Source: Octopus vulgaris (lineage: Eukaryota). Taken from it: a DNA stretch of 64,000 nucleotides. Below the pieces are notes generated by a model. It was given only the letters and a program-made list of their open reading frames with translations. It ran no database searches and had not been told where the DNA came from. This document shows positions 1 through 13,203 of this stretch, in pieces; the first letter of the stretch is position 1; every line of letters begins with the position of its first letter. The stretch covers positions 22,010,001 through 22,074,000 of the forward strand of contig OX597816.1 of the NCBI GenBank assembly GCA_951406725.2, written 5' to 3'. The translations under genes and the position numbers were made by a program.

Positions 1-461
1 TAACTCCTCCCACATTTTGCGGTGCAGTTTAACCAAATTCGGGTATCTTATAGTCGTGATTAATATCGAGCCCGTCTGGCTATTAGCGCGCGTCTTCGAT
101 GAGTCTACGATTTTAAAAATAATTTAACATCATTTTTTATTCCATTTTAATGCATAATTTTTCGTGTGTCGATGGCGGCGGAGTTGGCGTCCACGCTCAA
201 ACACCTGCACCTGTGATTGCTTCTACCCCTTGTTCCCTCCCTCGTGAAGCTGTGGGGAAGGGAGTGTAAGGAAATCAACGTCGTAATGCGTTGTCAAGGA
301 GACCAGCGTTCTTTTAGAACAACGACTTCATGGCTTGAAGACACCAAAACAGAAATGGCTAAGAAAGCCCGAATTGGCATCTATAAAGGAAGTAACTCTC
401 TAAAAATGCTTATATAGTTATTTCCCTTACAAACCCGAGCAACGCCGGGCGATACTGCTAG
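1..461 (+). mobile_element. 3' part of a non-autonomous Helitron (5' end outside the window)
   Basis: Ends CCCGAGCAACGCCGGG (GC hairpin, 434-449) CGATACTG-CTAG|T (CTAG 458-461). The same terminal 32 bp occurs reversed at 28389. Confidence 0.75.
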
Positions 462-864
462 TATTGAATAATTGTTAATGATTCAAAATCTGCTGAACAG
501 CAAATGATTATCATTTATCAAAGCTATGTATTCGAAATGTAATAAACTTACGTTTCTGAACTCTTGTCTTTTATTAATAAACGGAGTCAATGCCCTGGAT
601 TGCTGAATCATTACAACATATTTCATTCAAGCAACTAATCGCTGAAATCTAACTTTAAAGTAAAACGCGGAATCTATTAAACGAATTTAGATATTAAAAT
701 CTATATTAAGTGCGAATATATAGATTATAAATATCTACATTATATATATGTGTGTGTGTGAGTGTGTGAGTGTGTGCGTGCGTAGTGCTTACATATATTT
801 TGTGTGTGTGTATAGACATATTTTTGTGTATATGTATATATGTATATATATATATATAATATAC

Positions 865-897
<33 letters not shown>

Positions 898-927
898 CAT
901 GTATATATGCATACATTATATATATCT

Positions 928-971
<44 letters not shown>

Positions 972-1202
972 GGGTTGCTGTGTATCTCTTTTCAAAAACT
1001 GTCCTAATTTAAATAATTACGCCAAAGTAATGGGTTTTCTAATCAGCAAATTTTAATTTCGGTTATTAATGAATTGTAAAAGTTAAAGATGAAATTACAA
1101 ATTTACATTTTCCGATGTTAATTTGTGCTTATGAGTGCATCTTTTTGTTGGTGCCTGTGTGTCTATATGCGTGTGAGTGTACACATATAAACTTATGTAC
1201 TA

Positions 1203-1255
<53 letters not shown>

Positions 1256-1452
1256 GAAAATAGTAAAAAGTGAAAAAACTACAGTAGGCTTGTTTTAGAA
1301 GGTTAAAAAAATATATATTTGAGTCATTATGTCTGAAGAATGTTATAATTTTTTTTCATACAATGACATAGTTTTTGAAGAAAGACCGGTTTCGCGTTCA
1401 GCTTTTCAAATTTCTTACAGCCTTCTGTAGTTTTTTCACTTTTTACTATTTT
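1256..1452. mobile_element. Short inverted-repeat element (Penelope pLTR-like relic) containing a degenerate hammerhead
   Basis: AAAATAGTAAAAAGTGAAAAAACTACAGTAGGCT (~1257-1290) is the near-perfect reverse complement of ~1420-1452. Flanked by (TA)n. Confidence 0.55.
1378..1416 (-). ncRNA. Degenerate type-I hammerhead motif (U3-A8 core variant)
   Basis: Minus strand reads AAGAAA U UUGAAAA GC-UGAAC-GC GAAA CCGG UC UUUCUU: stem I AAGAAA/UUUCUU, palindromic stem III, GUC triplet. Confidence 0.45.
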
Positions 1453-1493
1453 TTATATATTCAACCACGTGCTTTCACACACCAACTTTCTCA

Positions 1494-1543
<50 letters not shown>

Positions 1544-1692
1544 AATTAAGGACTGCACACGAAAAGTGGACAGTCAACATGCTAGATATAGACGTCAAAT
1601 CGCCATTCTCCACAAAAAGTTTATGTTCTCAGATCAAACTCAACAAAACCAAAGCAATAAACAAGTGAAAAATATACGAAATAAATATTTAC

Positions 1693-1757
1693 CCATGTAC
1701 TAAATTTAGTTTCAGCTGTTATTTTCCGCAAGGAAAAGTGCATCATCATCAGCATGG
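1693..1757 (-). ncRNA. Type-I hammerhead ribozyme motif with long, partly decayed stem II
   Basis: Minus strand reads CCAUG CUGAUGA ...UUUUCC-UUGC-GGAAAA... GAAA CUAAAUUUAG UA CAUGG: stem I CCAUG/CAUGG, palindromic stem III, GUA triplet. Confidence 0.6.
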
Positions 1758-1959
1758 TCCCATATAAAATGTAATTTGCTGGACTAAATGCCAACACGAC
1801 ACCAAAATATCGCGTGCATGGAGTCCGGCCTATTACATTTGAAATATATATTTCAAATGCTTTTACTTTTGGCGCGATGAGACCCGAGAAAACTAGCCTG
1901 CAGCTAATAGTTAGCAGCAGTAAATTATCTATATATATATATATATTAGTACATAAGTG

Positions 1960-2016
<57 letters not shown>

Positions 2017-2440
2017 ATGGGAAGATTTTGTTTTACTCTACACAGGGAGAAAAATATAAGTTGAAAATGCATTGAGTGACCTTTGAATAGTTTATTTCTA
2101 TACCTAACTTCCTACTGGAAACGGAAAATGTTCTTGTTTTTGCGGACAGAACATACTTGAAATTAATGTGCTAAGGATACGATTTGACTGGCAGAGGATC
2201 ACCACGGGAAAATCTTTTCTAAGTTTCCCCGCTACGTCCGTGCGTTAATGTCATGTGACAATATATTTGGTCCGAAAGTTATTGGCTGACATCTTTGACT
2301 GAACGTGTCTAGCAAAGTCCGAAATAGTCACGGCGCTCCAAAATTCGTATGTCAAGTTATTAGACTGCACAGAAATCGTTTATAGGTAATCATTCAATTT
2401 TTTTACATCACCTTTCTTATGCAAGAGTTTGTATTTTTTA

Positions 2441-2863
2441 TTCTTTTACTTGTTTTATTCATTTGCCTGCGGCCATGCTGGAGCAAAGCTTTATACTGTT
2501 TCAGTCGAAGAAATCGACCCCAGGACTTGGTTTTTATGAGTCTAGTACTTATTCTATCAAACGCTTTTGCCAAACCGTTAAGTTAACGCAAACATACCAA
2601 AATCTGTTGTCAAGCGATGGCGGGAGGGACACACACAGACAAACATACACAAACACACATCAGCATACATGAATAAATACAAATAAATACCTACATACAC
2701 ACACATATATATATATGTTTTTTTTTTCACTTTCCGTATACCTAATCCACTCACAAGGCTTTGGACACAGTAAAAGACACTTCCTCACGTTGCCAGGCAG
2801 TGGGACTGAACCTAAAACCATGTGGTTGGAACGAAAGACTCTTACTACTAAGCCACGACCGCC
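2441..2863 (-). mobile_element. tRNA-derived SINE family A, diverged copy
   Basis: Reverse complement matches the copies at 11850 and 14357 (GCGGCCATGCTGGAGC tail, CAGTGGGACTGAACC head region). Confidence 0.85.
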
Positions 2864-2899
2864 TTCATGTTATTTCTTCGTGTTTTGTATTTTTATTGT

Positions 2900-3300
2900 A
2901 AATATATTTCATTCATTCGTATTTGAATTGTGATATTGTTTGAATACAGGTAAAGATGCTAGACTTGTAATTGTGTCGATTATTTGTCGTACATATCTAT
3001 GGTAAGAAAAATAATCAAAAGTTTCTCGTGTTTCAAACATGGGGAAATTGAGAGTAAAAACACTGAATGTTTGTAAGTTTGATACACCTTGCGGTTGAAC
3101 GAATATGATTTGTATGTATGTGTGTAGGGATGAAATTTTATTCTCCATTTAAATTCGAGCGTTAAAGTCGTTCGAGAAAATGTCATGATTGTGCCCAAAG
3201 TTAACATTGCTGATTATGTGAGTTCGAGATGTTAAGTGACAGAAGGTGTTTGTGTGTGAGTAGTTGTGGGTGAATGTACTTTGTTAAAATTTATTCAGTC
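2900..3300 (-). pseudogene. Penelope-like RT C-terminal fragment, frameshifted
   Basis: Mixed frames give TLEF..ENKISSL...SFNRKVYQ, resembling the PLE RT thumb region (compare FTMEY..QQIPFLD..TDIYYKPT at 23176). Confidence 0.5.
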
Positions 3301-3733
3301 GTGGTTTATATTTTTCGATGAATATATATATATATATTTAGCTTTTCTTCTTTCGTGTTCCATCTGAGGTATTGACTTGAAGTCTGGGGTACATATTTTG
3401 CACATATGTCAATGAGCCTACTACGTTCTGCTTAGTACTCGGGTCACTTATTTGCTGACGATGAATACTCGGAGTAAGTTTAACTTGACCAAAGTAATCC
3501 TAGTTACTTCCTTCACATTAAATATCATACATAGCGCTATGGACTAACAGGTGAAATGAATTTTTATGATAAAATTTGTCCACATTTACATTGATAAAAC
3601 TGGTCTTCAAAAGAATTCAGGGAAGCTACCTAACCCACAGTTAAAAAATATTTATCTATCAGTGCTGAATTCAGCACTCATTCTCACCGTTTGATACTAG
3701 CGTGAGTTAATATACGTACAAACATGCACGCAC

Positions 3734-3764
<31 letters not shown>

Positions 3765-3872
3765 TGTATGTATGTATGTATGTATGTATGTATGTATGTA
3801 TGTATGTATGTATGTAGGTAGGTAGGTAGGTATGTATGTAGGTAGGTGGGTAGGTACGTATGTATATATGTA

Positions 3873-3915
<43 letters not shown>

Positions 3916-3942
3916 CATTTTTATATAATCATACAGCTTATA

Positions 3943-4134
3943 GCGATCTCCGTGCAATGACTGACGAAAATAGTCTAATTAACGGCATATAGGCCCTTGA
4001 CAGAAAAAAAATAGGCGAATTCGCTGATGTAAAGGTAACACGCTTAGTCGTGTTAACAAAGGGATAAGAAGGTCGTCTTTTATCTATATGTCCCTTTATT
4101 AAACAATGTTCCTTAGTCATTGCACGGTGATCGC
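3943..4134. mobile_element. MITE with 20-bp terminal inverted repeats
   Basis: GCGATCTCCGTGCAATGACT (3943-3962) versus AGTCATTGCACGGTGATCGC (4115-4134), one mismatch. No ORF inside. Confidence 0.7.
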
Positions 4135-4201
4135 CAAACATACGATAATTATTATTTACAGGATCATAAAATACAGCGGCGTAAAAAAGAGACCATTCGC
4201 A

Positions 4202-4238
<37 letters not shown>

Positions 4239-5085
4239 GCACACGATCATACACACGCTCACACATAAATATACGCGCATATACTGACACTCATATACAT
4301 ACATATATTCATTCAAGAATGCATACATATTTACATACAAACATACAGACATACATACATACACACACACTCATACATACATATATACGTAGATACTTAC
4401 ATACAAACATACATACACACATACATACAAACATACATACATACACACACTCATACATACATATATACGTACATACTTACATACAAACATACATACATAC
4501 ATACAAACATACATACATACATACGTACATACATACATACATTCATACATACATTCATACATACGGCATTCGCAACAGCAGCAGCACGAATAATAACGTT
4601 ATCGCTTGCACTTGTAAAATAATTGTTATTCGTATAGCAGTTTGTTGTTTGCTATTGACTCCATTGCTGTCGGTTCGTTTTGTAAGCTTCATTTGTGTTG
4701 TTGCTAGTCTTTCATACACTTCTGAACTTGTCGAAATAACGAGAAAACTTTAACTAAGTCTAGAAAGGTGTTAAAAAGAACTATATTGTCTCCAGTTCTA
4801 ACTAGAGCTTTATCTTTTGTATGGTTTTTGGTATGTATATGAAAGTTATTGTTCTGTAATTACATTCAAGATGATGTCTAGTTAAGAAAAACATTTTCTA
4901 CGTGCCTACGTGGAAACCTAATATAATCAGGGAAGACATATATAATATATTAAACAAACATATAAACAAATTTAAACAAATTTTAAAACCGCAATAATAT
5001 AAAATTGTGTGTTTGTGTGTGTAGATATTTTTCTATTGTGTCTGCATTGGAGAAGATACTTGTGTGCGTATAACTGCATATATAA

Positions 5086-5151
<66 letters not shown>

Positions 5152-5176
5152 GCAGATATAGACACACATTTATATA

Positions 5177-5215
<39 letters not shown>

Positions 5216-5273
5216 GTATATATGTATGTATGTGAATATATATATACATGCACATATAGACACACATGTGTAT

Positions 5274-5304
<31 letters not shown>

Positions 5305-5316
5305 CATATATGTTTG

Positions 5317-5347
<31 letters not shown>

Positions 5348-5586
5348 ATATATATATATATATATTATATATGTACTTACATTCGACGTCCTTGCACATA
5401 CACACATTTATACAGAAGAATATTCATTAGATTGCAAAGAAAAAAATATAGCTTAGTTAAGCTGAAATTAAACAAAATAATACAACCAAACATTACTACC
5501 CTCATTTCATGAGATAGCCAAGTAAATTGAAAGCTCATACATTCATACACACGCACACATACACACATACATACATACATACATAA

Positions 5587-5617
<31 letters not shown>

Positions 5618-6582
5618 CATACATACATACATACATACATACATACATACATACATACATACATACATACATACATAGATGCACATAAAACAAACATTTG
5701 ACAAACACAGATACATTCATATGCACACTCGCTCGAACTTTAAGTTAAAAACTAAAAGTTAAGCAATAATGCAATGTGAGAAATTAGAAATTATTTCTGA
5801 GAAGAAAGAAAAAGTAAAGTGAATTAAATAAACCTGAAAATAATAATAATGAGTTTGATGATATGCGCATGCGCACAATAGCGTGCACGAAAGAAAAAGG
5901 GGAAAAGCATCCTAATTAGATTATAGTGCGTATAATGATTTAGAAGTTTGAAACGCAATATGCTGTCAGTAAGTTAAATGTGTCTCGCTTTTGGCGTTTA
6001 TTCTTATATGTTAGTTGTACGGGAAATTAATCAAGGGTTTTAGGTTTATGTGTTCACTAATGCAGATATGTTTAAGTGAAAAAATCAACTTTAAATCCCT
6101 AGAGACCTTAAAAAGAAAAAAGAAACTAAAGTTGATGGTATGCTGTTAGGAACGCCATTTCTAAATAGAATATCGTACAAACACTACTTGAGCGCTTTCT
6201 TCGATATACTCAGACAGAACAGACATGACAGTTACTCCCCCGCTTGTGGGTTGATAAGAAGCTCATCTAATATGGCGGTGGTTATTTCCCCGTCTTCCGA
6301 TGTACTTAGGGGCATTACGTACACTCAGCTTGTGATTGATATGGTTGATCTTGTAATCTTCATTAAAATGTCAAGATAAGAAATTAATGAAAAATTGTAT
6401 CATAAATGGAAATCCCTTGGGAAGAATTTCTTTATTGGAAAACCTTAGCAACGCTCTAAGTGCAAGGCACCTGAAGAGAGTATAGATGATACGTGAGAGA
6501 CGGAGGGGAGCTGACCAAATCTGGTTGAAAATAGTACATCTGTTGGTTCCAAAGAGCATTTACTACAATTAATGTGCATAGA

Positions 6583-6626
<44 letters not shown>

Positions 6627-6822
6627 GAGGTGAGGCTTAAATTCGACATTACTTTGAAGGATTTTTTGGCATTTTCCATTAATGCAGAAATGGAACTAAT
6701 GTATTTATTATTAAACATAATATAATTCATTCAAATGTTTTCAAGTTATGAAACAATTTGACGTGATATTAGTAATTCTTGTTAAATAAAATTTCATGAA
6801 ACTATTACTTCGCAATTTCAAC

Positions 6823-6951
<129 letters not shown>

Positions 6952-7180
6952 GTATTGTTGGCGATTTTTTTTCCCTCTGTCTTCCCTGCTTCCAAAATGT
7001 GACCTCGTGTGTACCGTTGGCGATTTTTTTTCCTCTATCTTCCTTCTCCTATGTTTCCGACGAAGAGCTCCGCTCGAAACGTTAAACCCTCCTTCTTTCT
7101 TGAGCGTCCAATAATACTATATTTTCTCCACGTCCTCGCGTTTTTGTGTTTTTTTTGTGCTTTCTTGTTTGGATTAACTA
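6952..7180 (+). mobile_element. Short HHR-bearing pLTR-like repeat (family H2), inserted in (TA)n/(TG)n
   Basis: Shares GTACCGTTGGCGATTTTT...GAAGAGCTCCGCTCGAAACG...GGATTAACT with 10640, 29512 and 31000. HHR at 7053-7087 with core CCGACGA (U4C). Confidence 0.75.
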
Positions 7181-7552
7181 TATATATCTATATATATATA
7201 TATGGGGGGGGGAGAAAGTAAGGCGAAATAAGCGAAAATGCACATTGGAAATCAAAAAAAGTAAAGGCTTTTTAGGAAAAGTAACGATAGATATATACAA
7301 TTAGATGAACAGAGGTAAGAATAAAAGTAATAAAAGTCAGTATTGTGAATTGTTAAAGAGATTTAAAAGCATAGTGGTTTTGTAAATTTACTAATCATTG
7401 CTTTGAATGCACACCGATTAATGAACGGTGTTAGGTCTATTTGTCCCTGAGTAAAAAGATTATGTGTGAGGAAGGTAAGTACTTCTGGATTTGGTGCAAT
7501 TAGTGTAGATATAGGTCTGTAATGTGAATGGTGTATATACAGACATACATAC

Positions 7553-7822
7553 AGTGGCGGAATTTGAAGTCAAAACAGAAAGTGAGTGAAAATATCGCTG
7601 ACCATTTTGCCCAGCATGTTAAGGATGGCACAAAACTAGCAATATTTAAGGATGGGGTAAAACAATTATAGACTCTCCACTGTTCAAGTGATAGTTATTT
7701 TGTCGCAATCAGCAGAATTTTAACTCAGAATATAAATAGCCGGATGAAATGTGACTATGCATATTGTTCGACGTGGTAGCGATTCTCCCAGCTCACCGCC
7801 TCTGATGGTATCAAATTTCAAT
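7553..7822 (-). mobile_element. Old SINE family B-derived segment; left arm of an inverted duplication
   Basis: Reverse complement of ~9400-9672; contains CCAGCTCACCGCC head and AACTCAGAA B-box remnants. Confidence 0.65.
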
Positions 7823-8004
7823 GTAACTCAAATACAAGTAAAAGTACATACCCATCTACATACATGTGTACATATAGATAGAGATAGATAGATAGAGAGA
7901 TAGATAGATTGATAGACTGGCATACAGACAGGCAGTCAGACAGATAGACAGGCAGGCAGATAGATACGTAGATAGATAGACAGATAGATAGACGTGCTTA
8001 TATA

Positions 8005-8081
<77 letters not shown>

Positions 8082-8818
8082 GAATGTATGTATTGTGTGT
8101 GAGAGAGTGTGTATGTTTGTGTATGTGTGTGTGTGTATGCGTGAGTGTGTGTGTGTGTGGGTGAGTTTGTATTTCCAAGGGACAACATTCTTATGTATAT
8201 TTACTTTTTTTCTTTTTTTCCTGGATTGCTGTTTGTTTCGCTGAATATGTCTGATACAATTTTCTTATTCCTGCTTCAGTTTTCTCTCCCCTTGATCTGC
8301 GATGTTATGTTATACTTTATTTATGATTCATGTCTTTCCAAATCACTCCCTCGAAGAATATCATCTCCTTCGTTGCCTAGCAACTATAGAAAAAATGCTC
8401 AAGCTTTATCTCACGTGAAATATATGGTCTGCCTTCAATCTGTCCTGGTATTAAAATGACACATTTTTTCCATTTCTCTTAATTCTCATTGATTTTTTGT
8501 GTTTGTTAGTAAAGAATCACTGTGATTTTCAATATAGATTTATATTCTTAGGCATTTTTATGCTTATCCAAAACTAGATTTCTTTATTTTGTTATAGCAA
8601 TTGCGTTGTCGTTCTAATACTCTCTCTAATTCCTTTCGGATTTCAGGTGTTTCTGCAATACGGTATATTTTTTTTTACATTTTTATTTTCCTGGAACTCC
8701 ATTTTTCCATATTCGCCTATGTAATCTGCTTTTTTTCTATGCTCGTTTGCAGTCTGTGAAAAGAAGGTCATACATATTCATATATTTATACATATATATA
8801 TACATATATATACATATA

Positions 8819-8941
<123 letters not shown>

Positions 8942-8959
8942 GTATATATATGTATGTAT

Positions 8960-9007
<48 letters not shown>

Positions 9008-9036
9008 GTATGTATATATATATATATATGTATATA

Positions 9037-9096
<60 letters not shown>

Positions 9097-9399
9097 TTCT
9101 GGTTTAAAAATTCTAACTTTGTTTCTTTCCATGTTGTTTTAGTTTTACTTTCACTTTCGCATTTCTTGTTTTTATTTCCATTTGTTTTTTATGTGGACTT
9201 AGTGTTCTTACTGCTGTTCCAGCTGCTTTTATTGCTGTTTTTGCTGGTGGTGGTATTAAACAGTTAGGCTATGATGTAAGGAAAAACTGCGCGTCAATAT
9301 TTTCTCTGGTTTTTCAGTTTCTGAATTCAATTCTCGCTGACGTTAAATAATAAACGCGGTTGTATCTGCTTACCAACTTACCTGAAATTGCTGGCTTTG

Positions 9400-9780
9400 C
9401 ATTTAAATCTGATACCATTAGAGGAAGTGAGCTGGGAGAACCGCTACCACGTCGAACAATATGCATAGTCACATTTCTTCCGGCTATTTACGTCCTGAGT
9501 TAAAATTCTGCCGATGTCGACAAAATAACTATCACTTGAACAGTGGAAAGTCTATAATTTTGTTTCCTATCCATAAACATTGCTAGTCTTGTGCTGTCAT
9601 TAAAATGCTGGGCAAAATGTTCAACGATATTTCCATTCTCCTTATGTTTGACTTTCTAATTCTGCCGGTGTAGAACTTTGCCTTTCGTCCTTTCGCGGTC
9701 GATAAGATAAGTACGAGTTAAGGATGTAATTGACTAGTCCCTTCACTTTAAATATTAGGTCTAGTCGTTTATGGTGTTCT
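9400..9780 (+). mobile_element. Old SINE family B-derived segment; right arm of an inverted duplication
   Basis: GTGAGCTGG head, CTGAGTTAAAATTCTGCC and TTTGCCTTTCGTCCTTTCGCGGTCGATAAG core remnants. Confidence 0.65.
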
Positions 9781-10607
9781 TGTTATTGTTGTGGTTGACA
9801 CTTTCTGTGACGCTGTTGTAATATACCAGGAATTCTTTTCAGATGCCATAATTATGATTATTATCGAACTAATAAGAATGAGGTTCACACTTAAAACAAA
9901 CTGGAATAATACTAAATGACAAGTAAAAATAAACTAAGAACAAAATAATCGTAAAGGACTTCGTGTTTTTGAAATTATATTTTAAAATATCATATTTTTA
10001 AATTATCAGAAGGAAAATATCCTCTGCCAACCATATGATGTTGAGTCCTTTCGTAATGAGAATGCCAACTGAAAAGTTCAAAGTGTCATACAAAATTTGA
10101 GCATAACATTTCACATAAAATTTCCTACACAAATATTGTGTGCGCATGAGGTGAATCTGTATATATAAAGGGCAGGGTGTGGGCGTGTATGTATACGTGA
10201 ATGTAATTTATGCATGTCCACAAACTAGCACGCACGTCGCACCAATTTTAGGAGGACATTCGTTATGAACCAAGTCGTATTTTCGTCAAATAATTTTCCC
10301 CAGAGGCACCAGCGAATAGCAGTAAAAATAAATTTTCAACCAAAACATTTAACACTTTTCAAGTCGGAGAAATCACCATTGTTTGCAAAAAGGAGTTAAG
10401 TCCCCTTCTAGCGACGAGTAAGTTTTTGTTAAGACTTTTGTTGTTTTTTTCCATCGAGGGAAAAGCATTTTCTTTATATACGGACAATACACACACACAC
10501 ACACACGCACACACATACAAAAACATACACACTAACATGTATACGTGCAAGAAACATGTTTGCAATAGGTGTGTGTACGTACGTGTGTGTGTGTGTGTGT
10601 GTGTTGC

Positions 10608-10639
<32 letters not shown>

Positions 10640-10849
10640 CATGTGATCTCTTGAGCACCACCAGCAAAAATATTTTTTCCTCTGTCTTCCCTTCTTGGGA
10701 TCTTTCCTTCTCATTGTTTCCGACGAAGAGCTCCGCTCGAAACGTTAGACCTTCCTTCCCTTCTTTCCTGAGCGTCAAATAATACTTTAATTGTTCCACG
10801 TCCTCGCGTTGCTGTGTTTTTTTCTGTGTTTTCTTGTTTGGATTAACTT

Positions 10850-10850
<1 letters not shown>
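10640..10850 (+). mobile_element. Short HHR-bearing pLTR-like repeat (family H2)
   Basis: HHR at 10716-10750: GUUU CCGACGA A GAGC-UCC-GCUC GAAACGUU AGAC. Flanked by (TA)n. Confidence 0.75.
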
Positions 10851-10890
<40 letters not shown>

Positions 10891-10897
<7 letters not shown>

Positions 10898-11389
10898 ATA
10901 CATGCCAGAAGGCATTATACATACATGCCAAACGCTAAGAGGGACAATTAGTCATTTCTACCAAAAATATTACTAATCCCACCGAATGCAATTTTTCAAA
11001 GTAAGACATTTAAAAAAATATAGACCTGTATCACAGTGATTTCATACTTACGTATCATCAGCAGGCCTGAATGCATTATAAATAAACAACGACCTGCCCC
11101 GCTTAAGTCGATCAGCTAACTGTTCAACATCAACGAAGCACAGTGAACAGTTGAACAGTTAGCTGATCGACTTAAGCGGGGCAGGGTCGTTGTTTATTTA
11201 TAATGCATTCAGGCCTGCTGATGAGTACGTAAGTATGAAATCACTGTGATACAGGTCTATATTTTTTTAAATGTCTTACTTTGAAAAATTGCATTCGGTG
11301 GGATTAGTAATATTTTTGGTAGAAATGACTAATTGTCCCTCTTAGCGTTTGGCATGTATGTATAATGCCTTCTGGCATGTATTTATAAT
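10891..11389. repeat. ~500-bp near-perfect palindrome (inverted Penelope pLTR-like pair) with one hammerhead per arm
   Basis: 10891-11128 is the reverse complement of 11150-11389 with only two 1-nt indels seen; 21-nt spacer. Confidence 0.9.
11211..11258 (+). ncRNA. Minimal type-I hammerhead ribozyme, intact core
   Basis: AGGCCUG CUGAUGA GUAC-GUAA-GUAU GAAA UCACUGUGA UA CAGGUCU: 7-bp stem I, stem II, stem III, AUA triplet. Mirror copy at 11022-11068 (-) lacks one G at the base of stem II. Confidence 0.85.
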
Positions 11390-11600
11390 GCCCTCTATAT
11401 ATAAATTAATATGTTCAATAACAAATAATTATTTTCGAAATTTTTTCTCTTATGAGGTTTTTACGCTATCTACCTGACAATTTCTTGTTAAGTTTTCCTT
11501 ATTAAGTAGTTGTCCTTAATTGCTATATATATATATATATAATAAATATTAGGGAATATTTATAACTTCATAATTTAAAATTGAATAGAAGGTCTGAAAA

Positions 11601-11646
11601 CCACCTGATGAATGTCCTTAGAAGTGACAAGAAACAATTGTAGTGG
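11601..11646 (+). ncRNA. Minimal type-I hammerhead ribozyme, intact core
   Basis: CCAC CUGAUGA A UGUC-CUUAGAAGU-GACA A GAAA CAAUUG UA GUGG: palindromic stem III, GUA triplet. Lies in a pLTR-like element at ~11540-11750. Confidence 0.8.
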
Positions 11647-11739
11647 ATAACTTAATTTTATTTAATTTATATAAATTTTTTTATGTATTGGATTAAGTCT
11701 TTCTTTGTTTGATTTGCATAATAGTGGTTTTATCTCTAA

Positions 11740-11835
<96 letters not shown>

Positions 11836-11849
11836 GCAATATATATATA

Positions 11850-12009
11850 GGCGTAGGAGTGGCTATGTGGTAAGTAGCTTACTTATCAACCACATGGTTC
11901 CGGGTTCAGTTCCACTGCGTGGCACCTTGGGCAAGTGTCTTCTACTATAGTCTCGGCCGACCAAAGCCTTGAGAGTGGATTTGGTAGACGGTAACTGAAA
12001 GACCCCTGT

Positions 12010-12062
<53 letters not shown>

Positions 12063-12304
12063 ATATGTATGCATGTGTGTTTATATGTTTGTGTGTCTGT
12101 GTTTGTACCCCCAACATCGCTTGACATCCGATACTGATGTGTTTAAGTCCCCGTAACTTAGCGGTTCGGCAAAGAGGCCGATAGATTAAGTACTAGGCTT
12201 ACAAAGAATAAGTTCTGGGGTCGATTTTATCGACTAAAAGGCGGTGCTCCAGCATGGCCACAGTCAAATCACTGAAACGAGTAAAAGAGTATAAGAGTAA
12301 GAGA

Positions 12305-12305
<1 letters not shown>
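11850..12305 (+). mobile_element. tRNA-derived SINE family A, full length
   Basis: GGCGTAGGAGTGGCTATGTGG (A box), GGGTTCAGTTCC (B box), internal (TA)n(TG)n, tail GGCGGTGCTCCAGCATGGCC...GTAAAAGA repeats. Confidence 0.92.
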
Positions 12306-12358
<53 letters not shown>

Positions 12359-12854
12359 CAACGGATTTCATCCAAATTTGACGCCGATGTTACTTAGTTT
12401 GGTTTGAAATTTAAAATAAACTTGATTAGCTTAATAATCCTAACTTATAGTGCTCGCATTTGATATAATGCGAAGAATATCACGATGGGAATATATTTTC
12501 AGATAGACCAATATAACGATTGAAATTTAGAGCGCTGGACAAAGGGATATAAACATCCATACATTAATATATATATTCTCACAATTATTTGACTCTCTGG
12601 GATTTAAATGTTCAGAGTAATTGGCAGTATAAATCAGTTGTCCTATGATCTAAGCAAGTGAAATAATTCCAATGATGGAATGTAGCGAAATTGGTATGAA
12701 TATTTCCAGCAGTATATTTAAATATGAAAGATAACAAAATCCCAACTGAAATTGCCTGGACGCTCAAACGGAAAACATAGCTACCATACATAATGGATCA
12801 GAAATGCACAGTAACACACACACACATATGCGCACTCATATATATATATATATA

Positions 12855-13203
12855 TAAAATTTGATTTAATCCTAAATCTCATTTTTCCCTGTAAGTTTGG
12901 ATTTATTCCCTAATATTATTATTGTTAATATTGATAAATTACGTATATTGAGTGTAATATCTCAACTTCGTAAATTATGGAATTTACAGGTAAGATAGAA
13001 CCGCTATTTTGGAATTCATCTTTGAAGGATATTCGAATACATTCTAGGAATTTTATGTATTGGCTTATGTTTTTCACTGTTTGATTTGCCTAATAGTGGT
13101 TTTATCTCTAATTTAATATAATATAATATAATATATTTATACTATAAAATTTGATTTAATCCTAAATCTGATTTTTCCCTGTAAGTTTGGATTTATTCCC
13201 TAA

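Noticed and set aside
1328-1370. TATGT CTGAAGA...ACATA hammerhead-like start
   Set aside because: No GAAA or stem III; it is just a local inverted repeat.
6235-6370. Minus-strand TISITS*VYVMPLSTSEDGEI resembling an RTE-type APE motif
   Set aside because: Too short and degenerate to support by eye; needs BLASTX/HMM.
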